A stretch of 33,365 nucleotides of DNA from Desulfobacterales bacterium (lineage in GTDB: Bacteria > Desulfobacterota > Desulfobacteria > Desulfobacterales > C00003106). The position numbers and the translations under genes were made by a program. The notes under the pieces are model-generated. The model saw only the letters and a list, made by a program, of their open reading frames with translations. It was not told where the DNA came from and did no database searches. Of the stretch, positions 7,935-17,209 are shown one piece after another. Position 1 is the first letter of the stretch; each line of letters begins with the position of its first letter. The stretch covers positions 1 to 33,365 of the forward strand of contig JAUVFC010000001.1 of NCBI GenBank assembly GCA_030594505.1, read 5' to 3'.

Positions 7935-7946
7935 TCTTTACCTCCT

Positions 7947-8060
7947 TTATCCTTGTCTTTGTTTATGACGCGGATTCTCGCAAATTACCCTTATAATGCC
8001 TTTGCGCTTAACAATCTTACACTTAGGACACATCTTTTTAACCGAAGCCCTGACTTTCAT
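7947..8060 (-). CDS. rpmJ: 50S ribosomal protein L36 (Cys-containing form)
   Basis: Absent from the ORF track (37 aa). My translation of the - strand gives [37 protein letters not shown]-stop. ATG at 8060..8058, TAA at 7949..7947, GGAGAAAGAAG upstream. Confidence 0.93.
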   Translation of the reverse strand: MKVRASVKKMCPKCKIVKRKGIIRVICENPRHKQRQG

Positions 8061-8090
8061 CTTCTTTCTCCAAACTTCCAATTTAAATTA

Positions 8091-8230
8091 GGGCACAGAT
8101 TTTCACAGATAAACACGGATATCTATTTTCTATAATTATCGAATACCTTAATTTCCCTTTTTAACCCGCAACCCGTAACTCGCAACTCTATATTTAACAT
8201 CCTGATAATCTGCGTTCATCTGTGTCCAAA
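8091..8230. repeat. composite repeat: inverted triplets of 10-bp-phased CACAGAT 7-mers flanking a one-armed heptamer array
   Basis: Left arm is gggCACAGATtttCACAGATaaaCACGGATatc (8091..8123). The right arm, reverse-complemented, is ttggaCACAGATgaaCGCAGATtatCAGGAT (8201..8230). Internal units aacccgc aacccgt aactcgc aactcta lie at 8163..8190. Confidence 0.8.
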
Positions 8231-8249
8231 ATGAGAATATACTATGAAC

Positions 8250-8468
8250 TTATTTGGATCGATAAGTAATCCTCCCCCTCGTAAGGTCATACGGCGAAAG
8301 TTCCACCGTAACCGTATCCCCGGGAAGTATTTTAATAAAGTGCATACGCATCTTTCCCGAAATATGGGCCAAGACGATATGGCCGTTTGGCAATTCTACT
8401 CTAAACATTGCGTTCGGCAGGGTTTCAAGCACCTTCCCTTCAACTTCGATTGCTTCTTCCTTTGCCAT
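8250..8468 (-). CDS. infA: translation initiation factor IF-1
   Basis: [65 protein letters not shown]. Confidence 0.96.
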   Translation of the reverse strand: MAKEEAIEVEGKVLETLPNAMFRVELPNGHIVLAHISGKMRMHFIKILPGDTVTVELSPYDLTRGRITYRSK

Positions 8469-9226
8469 TTAAAACTCCCATCCCGTTTGCTTAAAATCTC
8501 CGGTTCTGTTTCGGTTACTACTACGGTATGTTCGAAGTGGGCCGATAAACTGCCATCCTTTGTCACGGCCGTCCAGCCGTCCTCCAGGGTCTTAACCTCA
8601 TACCCTCCCATATTAACCATTGGCTCTATTGCCAAAACCATTCCGGGCTGGAGACGAATTCCAAATCCCGGTCTTCCGTAATTAGGTATCTGGGGTTCTT
8701 CATGAAGCTCTTTCCCTATGCCATGCCCTACAAACTTCCGAACCACGGAATAACCATTAGTTTCAACATGTGACTGAATAGCGTGAGAAATATCAGAAAG
8801 TCTGTTCCCGTACCGGGCCTGTTCTATTCCCAGGTACAGTGTCTCTTCCGTGACCCGCAATAAGCGACTGACCCTCTCGGGCACCTGACCCACAGGCACG
8901 GTTATGGCTGCATCTCCATAATATCCGTCAAAAAAAACGCCAAAGTCAATGCTGACAATATCTCCTTCTTTCAATGGCGTTGGAGAAGGGAAACCATGAA
9001 CTACCTGGTTGTTTACAGAAGCACAAATAGTATAAGGAAATCCTCTGTACCCCTTGAAAGCAGGTTTCGCCTTGAATTCCCTTGTTAAGTCCTCCGCGCG
9101 TCTATCCAGTTTTAAGGTATCGACACCAAGCCTGATCTCCTCTTTGAGAATCGCGAGAATTTCAGCCACGATTCTATTGCTTACCCTTAACTTCTCGATT
9201 TCTCTTGGAGATTTTAAGGTCACCAT
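8396..9226 (-). CDS. map: methionine aminopeptidase, type I, with a basic C-terminal extension overlapping infA
   Basis: ..[54 protein letters not shown].. The ORF continues 24 codons into infA in another frame. Confidence 0.9.
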   Translation of the reverse strand: MVTLKSPREIEKLRVSNRIVAEILAILKEEIRLGVDTLKLDRRAEDLTREFKAKPAFKGYRGFPYTICASVNNQVVHGFPSPTPLKEGDIVSIDFGVFFDGYYGDAAITVPVGQVPERVSRLLRVTEETLYLGIEQARYGNRLSDISHAIQSHVETNGYSVVRKFVGHGIGKELHEEPQIPNYGRPGFGIRLQPGMVLAIEPMVNMGGYEVKTLEDGWTAVTKDGSLSAHFEHTVVVTETEPEILSKRDGSFKWQRKKQSKLKGRCLKPCRTQCLE

Positions 9227-9229
9227 ATT

Positions 9230-10540
9230 TTAAATACGGCCCTTCATTTGACCTTTCTTCATAAAGCCTTCATAATGCCTGGCCATCATATGGGATTCCA
9301 TCTGGGCCACGGTATCTATCGCCACACCTACCACGATCAGCAATGCGGTTCCGCCAAAATAGAATGGAACATTAAACCTGTAAATTAAAACTGTTGGGAG
9401 GACACAAACAGCCGAAACATATAACGCCCCACCAAGGGTAATCCTGGTCAACACCTTGTCAATATATTCAGCGGTCCGTTTCCCGGGCCGGATCCCCGGT
9501 ATATATCCGCCATGTTTTTTCATATTTTCCGCCACATCCGCGGGATTAAATGTCACAGCCGTGTAAAAATAACAGAAGAAGACAATGCAACCGACATAAA
9601 AAAGGTTGTACCATATGGTGTTCGGGGACATGGCTTGCACAAGGCTCTGTATCCACGGAACATTTATAAAACTGGCTATCGTTGCCGGAAACATGATGAT
9701 AGAAGATGCGAAAATAGGAGGTATAACCCCTGCCGTATTGATCTTCATGGGCAAATGTGTGCTTTGTCCCCCGTACATCCGGCGTCCCACAACCCGTTTG
9801 GCATACTGTACCGGTATCCGGCGTTGCCCTCGTTCCATAAAGATAATTACCGCCACTACCGCAACCATAAGTGCGACCAGGATCAAGATAAGAAATACCC
9901 CCATCTCACCTGTGCTTAAAAGACGAAAGGAATTGCCGACAGCAGTGGGCAACCGCGCCACAATCCCAGCAAAGATGATCAAAGAGATACCGTTGCCGAT
10001 TCCGCGTTCGGTAATCTGTTCGCCAAGCCACATGATAAAAGCAGTCCCTGCGGTCAACGTAATTATCGTCATCAGACGAAAAGACCACCCCGGGATTAAA
10101 ACTATAGGAGCGCCCCCCGGCGAGGTCATTCTCTCCAAGCCCACACTGATCATAAGCGACTGTATAATACTAAGGACGATTGTGCCGTACCGCGTATATT
10201 GCGTAATTTTCTTGCGGCCGGCCTCCCCCTCTTTGGAAAGCCGTTCCAGCGTTGGGATAACTACAGTGAGCAACTGTAATATAATGGACGCGCTAATATA
10301 CGGCATGATTCCAAGGGCAAATACAGAGAGTCTCTCCAGCGCCCCGCCGGAAAACATGTCAAAGAGCCCAAATAATGTCCCCTGTGCCCGGGCAAAAAAT
10401 GATGCCAATGCATCCCCGTCAATACCGGGGGTCGGAACGTGCACGCCGATACGATAAACTATCAACAATAAACAGGTATATGTAATGCGCTTCTTTAATT
10501 CGGGGATCTTAAAAATATTTTGAAAGGCGCTTCCTACCAC
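9230..10540 (-). CDS. secY: preprotein translocase subunit SecY
   Basis: Multi-TM protein with ..[32 protein letters not shown].. GTG start. Confidence 0.96.
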   Translation of the reverse strand: MVGSAFQNIFKIPELKKRITYTCLLLIVYRIGVHVPTPGIDGDALASFFARAQGTLFGLFDMFSGGALERLSVFALGIMPYISASIILQLLTVVIPTLERLSKEGEAGRKKITQYTRYGTIVLSIIQSLMISVGLERMTSPGGAPIVLIPGWSFRLMTIITLTAGTAFIMWLGEQITERGIGNGISLIIFAGIVARLPTAVGNSFRLLSTGEMGVFLILILVALMVAVVAVIIFMERGQRRIPVQYAKRVVGRRMYGGQSTHLPMKINTAGVIPPIFASSIIMFPATIASFINVPWIQSLVQAMSPNTIWYNLFYVGCIVFFCYFYTAVTFNPADVAENMKKHGGYIPGIRPGKRTAEYIDKVLTRITLGGALYVSAVCVLPTVLIYRFNVPFYFGGTALLIVVGVAIDTVAQMESHMMARHYEGFMKKGQMKGRI

Positions 10541-10541
10541 A

Positions 10542-10985
10542 TTAACATCCTATTATCTTTCCGCCCGCAGCTTCAACCTTTGCGCGAGCCGCCCGGCTGC
10601 AAGCTTTAATATTCAGAGTTAAAGGATACGTTATCTCTCCTTTTCCCAATAGCTTAATCCCTTCAGTACTATGTTTCAATAAACCGGCCCCCTTAAAGGC
10701 GGCATCGTCAACCGTGCTCCCTTTTTCAAATCTGGCCAGTTCCTGAATGTTAATTATGCTGTATCTTTTTTTGAAAATATTCTTAAAGCCTCTCTTAGGC
10801 AGCCTGCGCTGCAAAGGCATTTGGCCCCCCTCAAATCCGACGCGTACACCGCCGCCGGATCGTGAATTCTGACCGTTTTGCCCTCTCCCCGAGGTTTTAC
10901 CCCATCCGGATCCAGGCCCTCTGCCAACTCGTTTTCTGTTCTTGCGTACTCCTCCTGCCGGGGGAGCTAATTCATTAAGCTTCAT
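10542..10985 (-). CDS. rplO: 50S ribosomal protein L15
   Basis: [28 protein letters not shown].. ATG at 10985 after GAGGAA. Confidence 0.94.
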   Translation of the reverse strand: MKLNELAPPAGGVRKNRKRVGRGPGSGWGKTSGRGQNGQNSRSGGGVRVGFEGGQMPLQRRLPKRGFKNIFKKRYSIINIQELARFEKGSTVDDAAFKGAGLLKHSTEGIKLLGKGEITYPLTLNIKACSRAARAKVEAAGGKIIGC

Positions 10986-11169
10986 TGCCCTGTTCCTCAA
11001 CTTCCAATAAATGGGACACTTTGTTTATCATACCTTGTATGGTAGGGCTGTTCTTTACAACAACCGATCGATTCAACTTGCGGAGTCCCATTGCCCTGAG
11101 AATCCTTCGGTGCTTCTCAGGTCTTCCGATCATACTCTTTCGCAATGTAATTTTAACCATCTCCGACAT
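10975..11169 (-). CDS. rpmD: 50S ribosomal protein L30
   Basis: MSEMVKITLRKSMIGRPEKHRRILRAMGLRKLNRSVVV... ATG at 11169 after AAAGGACAAGGA. Overlaps the rplO start by 11 nt. Confidence 0.9.
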   Translation of the reverse strand: MSEMVKITLRKSMIGRPEKHRRILRAMGLRKLNRSVVVKNSPTIQGMINKVSHLLEVEEQGNEA

Positions 11170-11177
11170 CAGTCCTT

Positions 11178-11228
11178 GTCCTTTTTGGAAAGTTAGTATC
11201 ATCAAGTTTGATGATTTCGCAAAAAGTC
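11178..11228. repeat. cargo-less/degenerate copy of the 6252-type inverted repeat
   Basis: gatgatttcgcaaaaagtc (11210..11228) matches the TIR gatggtttcgtaaaaagtc at 17 of 19 positions. A degenerate partner gtcctttttggaaag and the palindrome atcatcaa-gt-ttgatgat lie just upstream. Confidence 0.6.
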
Positions 11229-11234
11229 TTCAAA

Positions 11235-11729
11235 TTAAATCTCCTCAGGATTTTTCCCACGCCTTTTTGCAATAGCTTCACGAGATTCAAGCTGGCGCAG
11301 CCCTGCAAGAGTGGCCTTCACAATATTGTGCGGATTATGGGAACCTAAGCACTTAGTAAGTATATTCTGCACGCCCACAGCTTCCAGCACTGCTCTTACC
11401 GCGCCCCCGGCGATAAGGCCGGTACCTTCCGAGGCCGGTTTTAATAAAACACGGCCTGCACCAAACCTCCCGATGACTTGATAGGGAATAGTATTATTTA
11501 TCAGGGCAACCTGACCCATATCTTTTTTTGCCTGTTCGACCCCCTTACGAATCGCATCAGGGACGTGATTCGCCTTGCCAAGGCCGCATCCCACACTCCC
11601 ATTACCATCGCCCACAACAACGATCGCGCTAAATCCAAAGCGACGACCGCCCTTGACTACCTTTGCCACGCGACTTATGTGGATTACCTTATCTATTAAC
11701 TGAACCTCATCTGAATTTACCTTAAACAA
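11235..11729 (-). CDS. rpsE: 30S ribosomal protein S5
   Basis: ..[40 protein letters not shown].. TTG start (caa at 11727..11729) after AGGGGGG. Confidence 0.95.
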   Translation of the reverse strand: MFKVNSDEVQLIDKVIHISRVAKVVKGGRRFGFSAIVVVGDGNGSVGCGLGKANHVPDAIRKGVEQAKKDMGQVALINNTIPYQVIGRFGAGRVLLKPASEGTGLIAGGAVRAVLEAVGVQNILTKCLGSHNPHNIVKATLAGLRQLESREAIAKRRGKNPEEI

Positions 11730-11742
11730 TGGTTCCCCCCTA

Positions 11743-12111
11743 TTAAAAGTCTAAACCACCCTCCCGTACACCTGTCGAAAGCGCTTTAAGACGTCCCTGG
11801 TACAAAAATCCGTTCCGATCAAAAACAACCTTTGAGATTCCCTTCCCGACAGCTCTCTCCGCTAAAAGCTTCCCAATGTGATGAGCTGCCGCCTTCTTAT
11901 CTTCAAACCCGGGCATTTCTCTGACAGTCTTCTCAACTGTAGAGGCTGAAACCAGGGTTTGTCCGGTTGTATCTTCAATAATCTGTGCATACATATGCCG
12001 CGCACTTCTAAAGACAGATAACCTCGGACGTTCACTTGTCCCGAAGATCTTTTTACGAATCCGTTTTTTTCTTTTTAAACGCGCTCTCAGTTTTTCGTTC
12101 ATCAATCCCAT
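11743..12111 (-). CDS. rplR: 50S ribosomal protein L18
   Basis: ..[34 protein letters not shown].. Confidence 0.95.
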   Translation of the reverse strand: MGLMNEKLRARLKRKKRIRKKIFGTSERPRLSVFRSARHMYAQIIEDTTGQTLVSASTVEKTVREMPGFEDKKAAAHHIGKLLAERAVGKGISKVVFDRNGFLYQGRLKALSTGVREGGLDF

Positions 12112-12130
12112 GGATCACTCTCTCTCAAAT

Positions 12131-12670
12131 CTATTTCGCTCCGGACTTACCGGCTTTTTTCCTGATACGCTCTTCTGCGTATTTAATCCCTTTACCCTTA
12201 TACGGTTCTGGTTTACGAAAAGATCTTACCTTGGCGGCAGTTAGCCCTAAAAGCTCTTTGTCTATCCCTGAAAGGATGATTTTGGTCTGCTTTTCAACTG
12301 TAGCGTTGATCCCCTCCGGAAGCTTATAAACAACGGGGTGGGAATAACCGATATTAAAAGTCAACGTATCCCCTTTCGAATCAGCCCGATACCCTACGCC
12401 GTTAATTTCAAGAACACGTTCAAAACCCCTGGTAACACCTGCAACCATATTTGCAACCAGGGTACGTGTCAATCCGTGTAAGGCTTTCACCTTATTGGAT
12501 GAATTACCGGGAGTCACTATGATCTTATCATCTTCAATTTTAAGATCGACAGCGGGGTGTATAGCTCTTGACAGCTTCCCATTCTTTCCTTTAACCGTTA
12601 TATTGTGATCTTTATAGTTTACTTCAACAGATTCCGGAATCGGTACCGGCATCTTTCCTATTCGAGACAT
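12131..12670 (-). CDS. rplF: 50S ribosomal protein L6
   Basis: MSRIGKMPVPIPESVEV..ITVKG.NG.L... Confidence 0.96.
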   Translation of the reverse strand: MSRIGKMPVPIPESVEVNYKDHNITVKGKNGKLSRAIHPAVDLKIEDDKIIVTPGNSSNKVKALHGLTRTLVANMVAGVTRGFERVLEINGVGYRADSKGDTLTFNIGYSHPVVYKLPEGINATVEKQTKIILSGIDKELLGLTAAKVRSFRKPEPYKGKGIKYAEERIRKKAGKSGAK

Positions 12671-12718
12671 TTTCTTTTCTCCCGGACAACACTTTTTTTA
12701 AATTCTTATACTATTAAA

Positions 12719-13117
12719 TTACCAAACAGCGCAAAGGAGTTCACCGCCCACGTTCTGTTTTTTTGCCTCTCGATCCGTCAGTACGCCATGAGATGTTGAT
12801 AAAATCGTAATCCCCATACCGTTCAATATTAATGGAATATCTTTTCTCTTCACATAGATGCGCCGGCTCGGCTTGCTATGTTTTTGTATTCCCGCGATAG
12901 CTCTCTGATTCGTACCGGTGTACTTTAAATAGATTCGAATAATTCCCTGTTTTCCATCCTTGATGAGCTTATAGTTTTTAATATACCCCTCGGATTTCAA
13001 AATCTTGACGACACTGATCTTTAGTTTGGATGCGGGAACGTCTACTCTACCAAAATTTGCCATATTTGCATTACGTATGCGTGTCAGCATGTCCGCCAAA
13101 GGATCCGTAACTGCCAT
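12719..13117 (-). CDS. rpsH: 30S ribosomal protein S8
   Basis: MAVTDPLADMLTRIRNANMA.. Confidence 0.96.
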   Translation of the reverse strand: MAVTDPLADMLTRIRNANMANFGRVDVPASKLKISVVKILKSEGYIKNYKLIKDGKQGIIRIYLKYTGTNQRAIAGIQKHSKPSRRIYVKRKDIPLILNGMGITILSTSHGVLTDREAKKQNVGGELLCAVW

Positions 13118-13197
13118 GGATTTCTCCTAATTTCTTTAATAAAATAAAAATATCAACCGATATGTTATATTACTGTTATTGTAAATGAAAGGACACA

Positions 13198-13383
13198 TTA
13201 CCAACTCGACTTTACAACGCCCGGCAATTCGCCCCTTAATGCCATAGTCCTGAAACAGATTCGGCAGATGCCGAATTTCCTCATAAATCCTCTCGGCCTC
13301 CCACAAATAGGACAGCGACTATACTTCCGAGCGCTGAACTTGGGAGGACGCGTTGCTTTTGCCATTAAAGATTTCTTTGCCAA
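13198..13383 (-). CDS. rpsN: 30S ribosomal protein S14, type Z (61 aa, zinc-binding form)
   Basis: (M)[63 protein letters not shown] start (caa at 13381..13383) after GGAAGGGGG. The longer ORF-track start was rejected. Confidence 0.92.
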   Translation of the reverse strand: MAKKSLMAKATRPPKFSARKYSRCPICGRPRGFMRKFGICRICFRTMALRGELPGVVKSSW

Positions 13384-13419
13384 GCGATCCCCCTTCCAAT
13401 TTCCATGTTTCAATCCCTA

Positions 13420-13959
13420 TCAATTCCTAAAAGGCATTCCCATCAATTTGAGAAATGCTTGTGCCTCTTCATCTGTTCCGGCAGTGGTATTTATCGTAAT
13501 ATTCAAGCCCTTAATTTTATCAATCTTATCATAATCGATCTCGGGGAATATAATTTGTTCTTTGATCCCAAGTGAATAGTTCCCTCTCTTGTCAAACGCC
13601 TTCGCTGAAACACCGTGAAAATCCCGTACTCTCGGAAGAGCAATATTGACCAGCTTGCCAAAAAAATCGTACATTCTATCGCCACGAAGGGTAACCTTAC
13701 ATCCGATAGGCATCCCTGCTCTCAGTTTAAAGGTCGCAATCGATTTTTTTGCCCTCGTTATCACGGGCTTTTGCCCGGAAATCAAAGCAAGTTCTTCAAC
13801 AGCGCTGTCCAGTATCTTAATGTTCTGTATTGCTTCTCCCAACCCCATGTTAAGACTGATCTTGGTCAGCCGCGGAATCTGCATAACATTTTTATAGCCG
13901 AACATCTCCTTGAGTTTTGGCGCTACCTCTTCCTTATATAATTTTTTTACCAGTGACAT
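13420..13959 (-). CDS. rplE: 50S ribosomal protein L5
   Basis: [40 protein letters not shown].. Second ATG (13959) chosen because GAGGAA precedes it. Confidence 0.94.
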   Translation of the reverse strand: MSLVKKLYKEEVAPKLKEMFGYKNVMQIPRLTKISLNMGLGEAIQNIKILDSAVEELALISGQKPVITRAKKSIATFKLRAGMPIGCKVTLRGDRMYDFFGKLVNIALPRVRDFHGVSAKAFDKRGNYSLGIKEQIIFPEIDYDKIDKIKGLNITINTTAGTDEEAQAFLKLMGMPFRN

Positions 13960-13975
13960 ATTATTCCTCATTCAA

Positions 13976-13996
13976 ATTGACGATTGTCGATTGTCA
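13976..13996. repeat. short ATTGAAG-class heptamer array (3 units)
   Basis: attgacg attgtcg attgtca, in the rplX-rplE spacer. Confidence 0.7.
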
Positions 13997-14006
13997 ATTC
14001 CAAATC

Positions 14007-14333
14007 CTACTTATCCAAGATCTCGCCACACTTCCGGCAGGCCCGAACCTTCTTGCCATCCTCCAACTGTTTCATTTTTATACGTATAGTATTCATGCAC
14101 TTATCACATATCAACATCACGTTGGAAAAATATATAGGATTCTCTTTTTCAATAATTCCTCCCTGGCGGTTTGGCCCTCCGGTTCGTGTATGCCGCTTTA
14201 CTATGTTGGCATTTTCTACAACAAGACGTCCCTTCTTACGAATAATCTTCAAAACCTTGCCGATTTTTCCCTTTTCCTTGCCGGCAATGATCTTGACTTT
14301 ATCGTCTTTTTTGATGCGACAAACTTTTCTCAT
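14007..14333 (-). CDS. rplX: 50S ribosomal protein L24 (four-Cys variant)
   Basis: ..IKKDDKVKIIAGKEKGKIGKVLKI..VVENANIVKRH... The C-terminal half carries CDKC..CRKC. Confidence 0.94.
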   Translation of the reverse strand: MRKVCRIKKDDKVKIIAGKEKGKIGKVLKIIRKKGRLVVENANIVKRHTRTGGPNRQGGIIEKENPIYFSNVMLICDKCMNTIRIKMKQLEDGKKVRACRKCGEILDK

Positions 14334-14361
14334 GATCCATGCTACCCCTCGCCTTCCCCTG

Positions 14362-14730
14362 CTATAAAACTTCAGGGGCCAGCGATATAATCTTCATAAA
14401 TTTTTTGGCGCGTAACTCCCTGGCAATGGGACCAAATATACGCGTGCCAATCGGTTCCTTCTGCGGGTTGATAAGTACGGCGGAATTCTCGTCAAATCGA
14501 ATATATGATCCATCCGGTCTGCGAACCTCTTTTTTTGTCCGAACTACAACAGCTCGCATAACATCACCTTTTTTCACCTTTGAATTAGGCATCGCCTCTT
14601 TGACTGAAACAACAATGATGTCACCGACGCTCGCATACCGTCGTTTTGCTCCACCTAACACCTTGATACAATATAGCCTTTTCGCGCCGGAATTATCTGC
14701 TGCCTGTAGTTGAGTTTCTGCCTGTATCAT
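14362..14730 (-). CDS. rplN: 50S ribosomal protein L14
   Basis: [27 protein letters not shown].. Confidence 0.97.
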   Translation of the reverse strand: MIQAETQLQAADNSGAKRLYCIKVLGGAKRRYASVGDIIVVSVKEAMPNSKVKKGDVMRAVVVRTKKEVRRPDGSYIRFDENSAVLINPQKEPIGTRIFGPIARELRAKKFMKIISLAPEVL

Positions 14731-14805
14731 GACTTGTTCCTTACTTATTCAGCTCGATATTGTATAGCTTTTGGTTATTCCAGTATTGACAGTCTTAAAG
14801 AGCCA

Positions 14806-14863
14806 GTTGCGAGTTACGGGTTGCGAGTTTTAAACACGCAACTCGCAACCCGTAGCCCGTAAC
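14806..14863. repeat. GTTGCGR-class heptamer-array hairpin after rpsQ
   Basis: 14806..14829 pairs with 14840..14863 over 24 pairs: 21 Watson-Crick, 2 G-U and 1 A-C as read on the + strand. The loop is 10 nt. Confidence 0.88.
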
Positions 14864-14869
14864 ACTTCC

Positions 14870-15127
14870 CTAAACCGTTTTCTCCACAATATTCGAGACA
14901 CGCCACCGCTTCGTCTTCGAAAATGGACGAGTTTCAATAATCGCTACTTTATCGCCGATCCCGCATTGATTCTGTTCATCATGGCATACATACTTAACGC
15001 GTCTGCGAATATATTTCTTATAAAGAGTGTGCTTCACCAAACGATCTACCTGGATCACCGCTGTCTTATCCATTTTATTGCTCAAGACTATGCCAACCCT
15101 TTTTTTCCTCAAACCACGCTTTTTCAT
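14870..15127 (-). CDS. rpsQ: 30S ribosomal protein S17
   Basis: ..KRVGIVLSNKMDKTAVIQVDRLVKH.LYKKYIRR..KY..HDE.N.C..GD.V.I.E.RP.SK.KRW.V.. Confidence 0.95.
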   Translation of the reverse strand: MKKRGLRKKRVGIVLSNKMDKTAVIQVDRLVKHTLYKKYIRRRVKYVCHDEQNQCGIGDKVAIIETRPFSKTKRWRVSNIVEKTV

Positions 15128-15143
15128 GATCTATTTTATTTCC

Positions 15144-15344
15144 TTACTCCCCTGATTCTTTACTTTTTTCGTTCAAGACAGTCTTGACACGGGCGATATC
15201 CTTCTTGGTCTGGGGAATCTTCATGGGATTTTCAAGTTGCCCGGTAGCATGCTGAAATCTCAAATTAAACAACTCTACAGTCAAATCTTTCAGTTTAGCT
15301 TCTGTCTCTTCCATCGTCATAGCCCTGATCTCTTTTGCTTTCAT
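15144..15344 (-). CDS. rpmC: 50S ribosomal protein L29
   Basis: [40 protein letters not shown].. Confidence 0.95.
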   Translation of the reverse strand: MKAKEIRAMTMEETEAKLKDLTVELFNLRFQHATGQLENPMKIPQTKKDIARVKTVLNEKSKESGE

Positions 15345-15350
15345 GGCAGC

Positions 15351-15758
15351 TTAGCTCCTGCTTACAATCTTTGTCTTGAAAGGAAGCTTGTGGGCAGCCA
15401 ACCGAAAAGCCTCATCTGCTAATTCTCTTGGCACTCCTCCCATCTCATAAATAATCCTTCCCGGACGTATAACAGCAATCCACCCTTCCGGCGATCCCTT
15501 GCCTCCACCCATTCTGGTCTCAGCAGGCTTTCTGGTAAAAGGCCTATCAGGGAAAACCCGAATCCAAATTTTGCCCCCCCTTTTTACATGGCGGGTAACT
15601 GCGATACGCGCAGCCTCAATCTGCTGGGCCGTAATATATCCGCATTCAACAGCCTGCAATCCATATTCACCAAAAGCAAGGCTTGTCCCTCGACAGGAGG
15701 CGCCCCTCATTCTCCCCTTTTGCCGTTTTCGGTATTTAACTTTTTTAGGACTTAGCAT
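15351..15758 (-). CDS. rplP: 50S ribosomal protein L16
   Basis: [19 protein letters not shown]... Confidence 0.97.
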   Translation of the reverse strand: MLSPKKVKYRKRQKGRMRGASCRGTSLAFGEYGLQAVECGYITAQQIEAARIAVTRHVKRGGKIWIRVFPDRPFTRKPAETRMGGGKGSPEGWIAVIRPGRIIYEMGGVPRELADEAFRLAAHKLPFKTKIVSRS

Positions 15759-15770
15759 ATGTACAGACCC

Positions 15771-16415
15771 CTAAGATTTTCCTTCCTTCTTCTTTAGTAT
15801 TTCTCCCTTAAAAATCAGCACCTTGACCCCTATGAGCCCGTACGTTGTGCGGGCCTCGCTAAAACCACAATCTATATCCGCTCGCATTGTATGAAGAGGG
15901 ACTCTACCCTCACGGAACCATTCTGTACGCGCCATCTCAGCCCCTCCAAGACGCCCGGAACAGGTAATCTTAATCCCCTGTGCGCCAAACCGCATGGCTG
16001 AAGTCACTGCTTTTTTCATCGCACGCCGAAATGCAACCCTCCGCACAATTTGAAATGCCACGTTTTCTGCTACAAGCTGCGCATCCAGTTCAGGTTTTCG
16101 TACTTCCTGAATATCAATGATTACCTCCATCGGAACAAATTTTTCCAATTCTCGTTTAAGATTTTCTATTTCTGTTCCTTTTCTTCCAATCACCAATCCC
16201 GGACGAGCCGTAAATATACGAAGCTTAATTCGCTTTGCAGCGCGCTCAATTTCTACCTTGGATATACCGGCATGGGAAAGCCTTCTTTTCAAAAATCGTC
16301 GTATCTTGCTGTCTTCATACACAAATGCCGCATAATTTTTCCCGGCAAACCATTTTGAATCCCATGTCTTAATAATACCCAGTCTAAAACCTATAGGATG
16401 GACCTTCTGTCCCAC
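15771..16415 (-). CDS. rpsC: 30S ribosomal protein S3
   Basis: (M)[23 protein letters not shown].. GTG start after AAGGAGG. Confidence 0.97.
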   Translation of the reverse strand: MGQKVHPIGFRLGIIKTWDSKWFAGKNYAAFVYEDSKIRRFLKRRLSHAGISKVEIERAAKRIKLRIFTARPGLVIGRKGTEIENLKRELEKFVPMEVIIDIQEVRKPELDAQLVAENVAFQIVRRVAFRRAMKKAVTSAMRFGAQGIKITCSGRLGGAEMARTEWFREGRVPLHTMRADIDCGFSEARTTYGLIGVKVLIFKGEILKKKEGKS

Positions 16416-16435
16416 ACCGACCTCCTTATTTCTTG

Positions 16436-16503
16436 TTGACTATTGAAGATTTAAGGATCGATAAATTGTTCTTCAAATAGTCAATCTTCAATCGCCAATC
16501 TTC
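16436..16503. repeat. ATTGAAG-class hairpin plus heptamer tail in the rplV-rpsC spacer
   Basis: ttgactattgaag (16436..16448) pairs with cttcaaatagtcaa (16471..16484). Units tcttcaa tcgccaa tcttcc follow and abut the rplV stop codon at 16504. Confidence 0.8.
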
Positions 16504-16839
16504 CTAAGCTTTCTCGGACAAGATCACGGTAATATGACTCGTCCTTTTCAATATCCTGTAAGCGCGTCCCTGAGCCCTGGGACGAAAACGTTTCAAGGAC
16601 GCGCCCTGGTCTACAAGTATGTTCCGCACAAAAAGTGAATCCACATCAACCCCGGATTTCTGGTCCGCATTGGCAACAGCAGAACGGACAACCTTGTCAA
16701 GAATTCTGGCCGCCTTCTGAGGCATAAACTTCAGGTTGTTCAAGGCATCCTCAACAGGTTTCCCTTTGGCAGCCTCTAAAATTTTGCGGACCTTTGTTGA
16801 AGAAATCCGTATAAATTTAGCCTTAGCTCTGACATCCAT
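16504..16839 (-). CDS. rplV: 50S ribosomal protein L22
   Basis: MDVRAKAKFIRISSTKVRKI.. Confidence 0.95.
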   Translation of the reverse strand: MDVRAKAKFIRISSTKVRKILEAAKGKPVEDALNNLKFMPQKAARILDKVVRSAVANADQKSGVDVDSLFVRNILVDQGASLKRFRPRAQGRAYRILKRTSHITVILSEKA

Positions 16840-16858
16840 TTACCATAACCTCTGTTAG

Positions 16859-17209
16859 TTACTTCACCCTGGTTTTTTTATTACCTGCATGGCCATAATA
16901 GGTACGTGTAGGCGAAAATTCTCCCAGCTTATGCCCAACCATATTCTCCGAAATAAACACGGGAATAAACTTCTTCCCATTATGAACTGCAAGCGTCAAA
17001 CCCACCAACTCCGGAACTATTGTCGAACGTCTCGACCATGTTTTAATTACCTGCCTGCTCTTAGTCTCCTGGGCGGCCAGGACCTTTTTCAATAACTTTG
17101 CTTCAATATATGGGCCTTTCTTTGCTGAACGCGGTACGGCTTTCTCCCTTCTGAATTGACGATTGAAGATTGAAGATTGAAGATTTTGGCAGCCTTCTTC
17201 AATCGTCAA
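16859..17209 (-). CDS. rpsS: 30S ribosomal protein S19 (start codon problematic)
   Basis: The conserved body [49 protein letters not shown] starts at 17134. The only ATG/GTG/TTG in the open frame is TTG at 17209..17207, inside the heptamer hairpin. See finding. Confidence 0.85.
   Translation of the reverse strand: MTIEEGCQNLQSSIFNRQFRREKAVPRSAKKGPYIEAKLLKKVLAAQETKSRQVIKTWSRRSTIVPELVGLTLAVHNGKKFIPVFISENMVGHKLGEFSPTRTYYGHAGNKKTRVK

Noticed and set aside
8244-8681. 145-aa + strand ORF
   Set aside because: It is antisense to infA and the 3' end of map, both of which are confidently identified.
9606-10457. 283-aa + strand ORF (also 9512..9919)
   Set aside because: It lies entirely antisense to secY, which has clear membrane-protein signatures. 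Its composition is low-complexity with no motifs, as expected of a shadow ORF.
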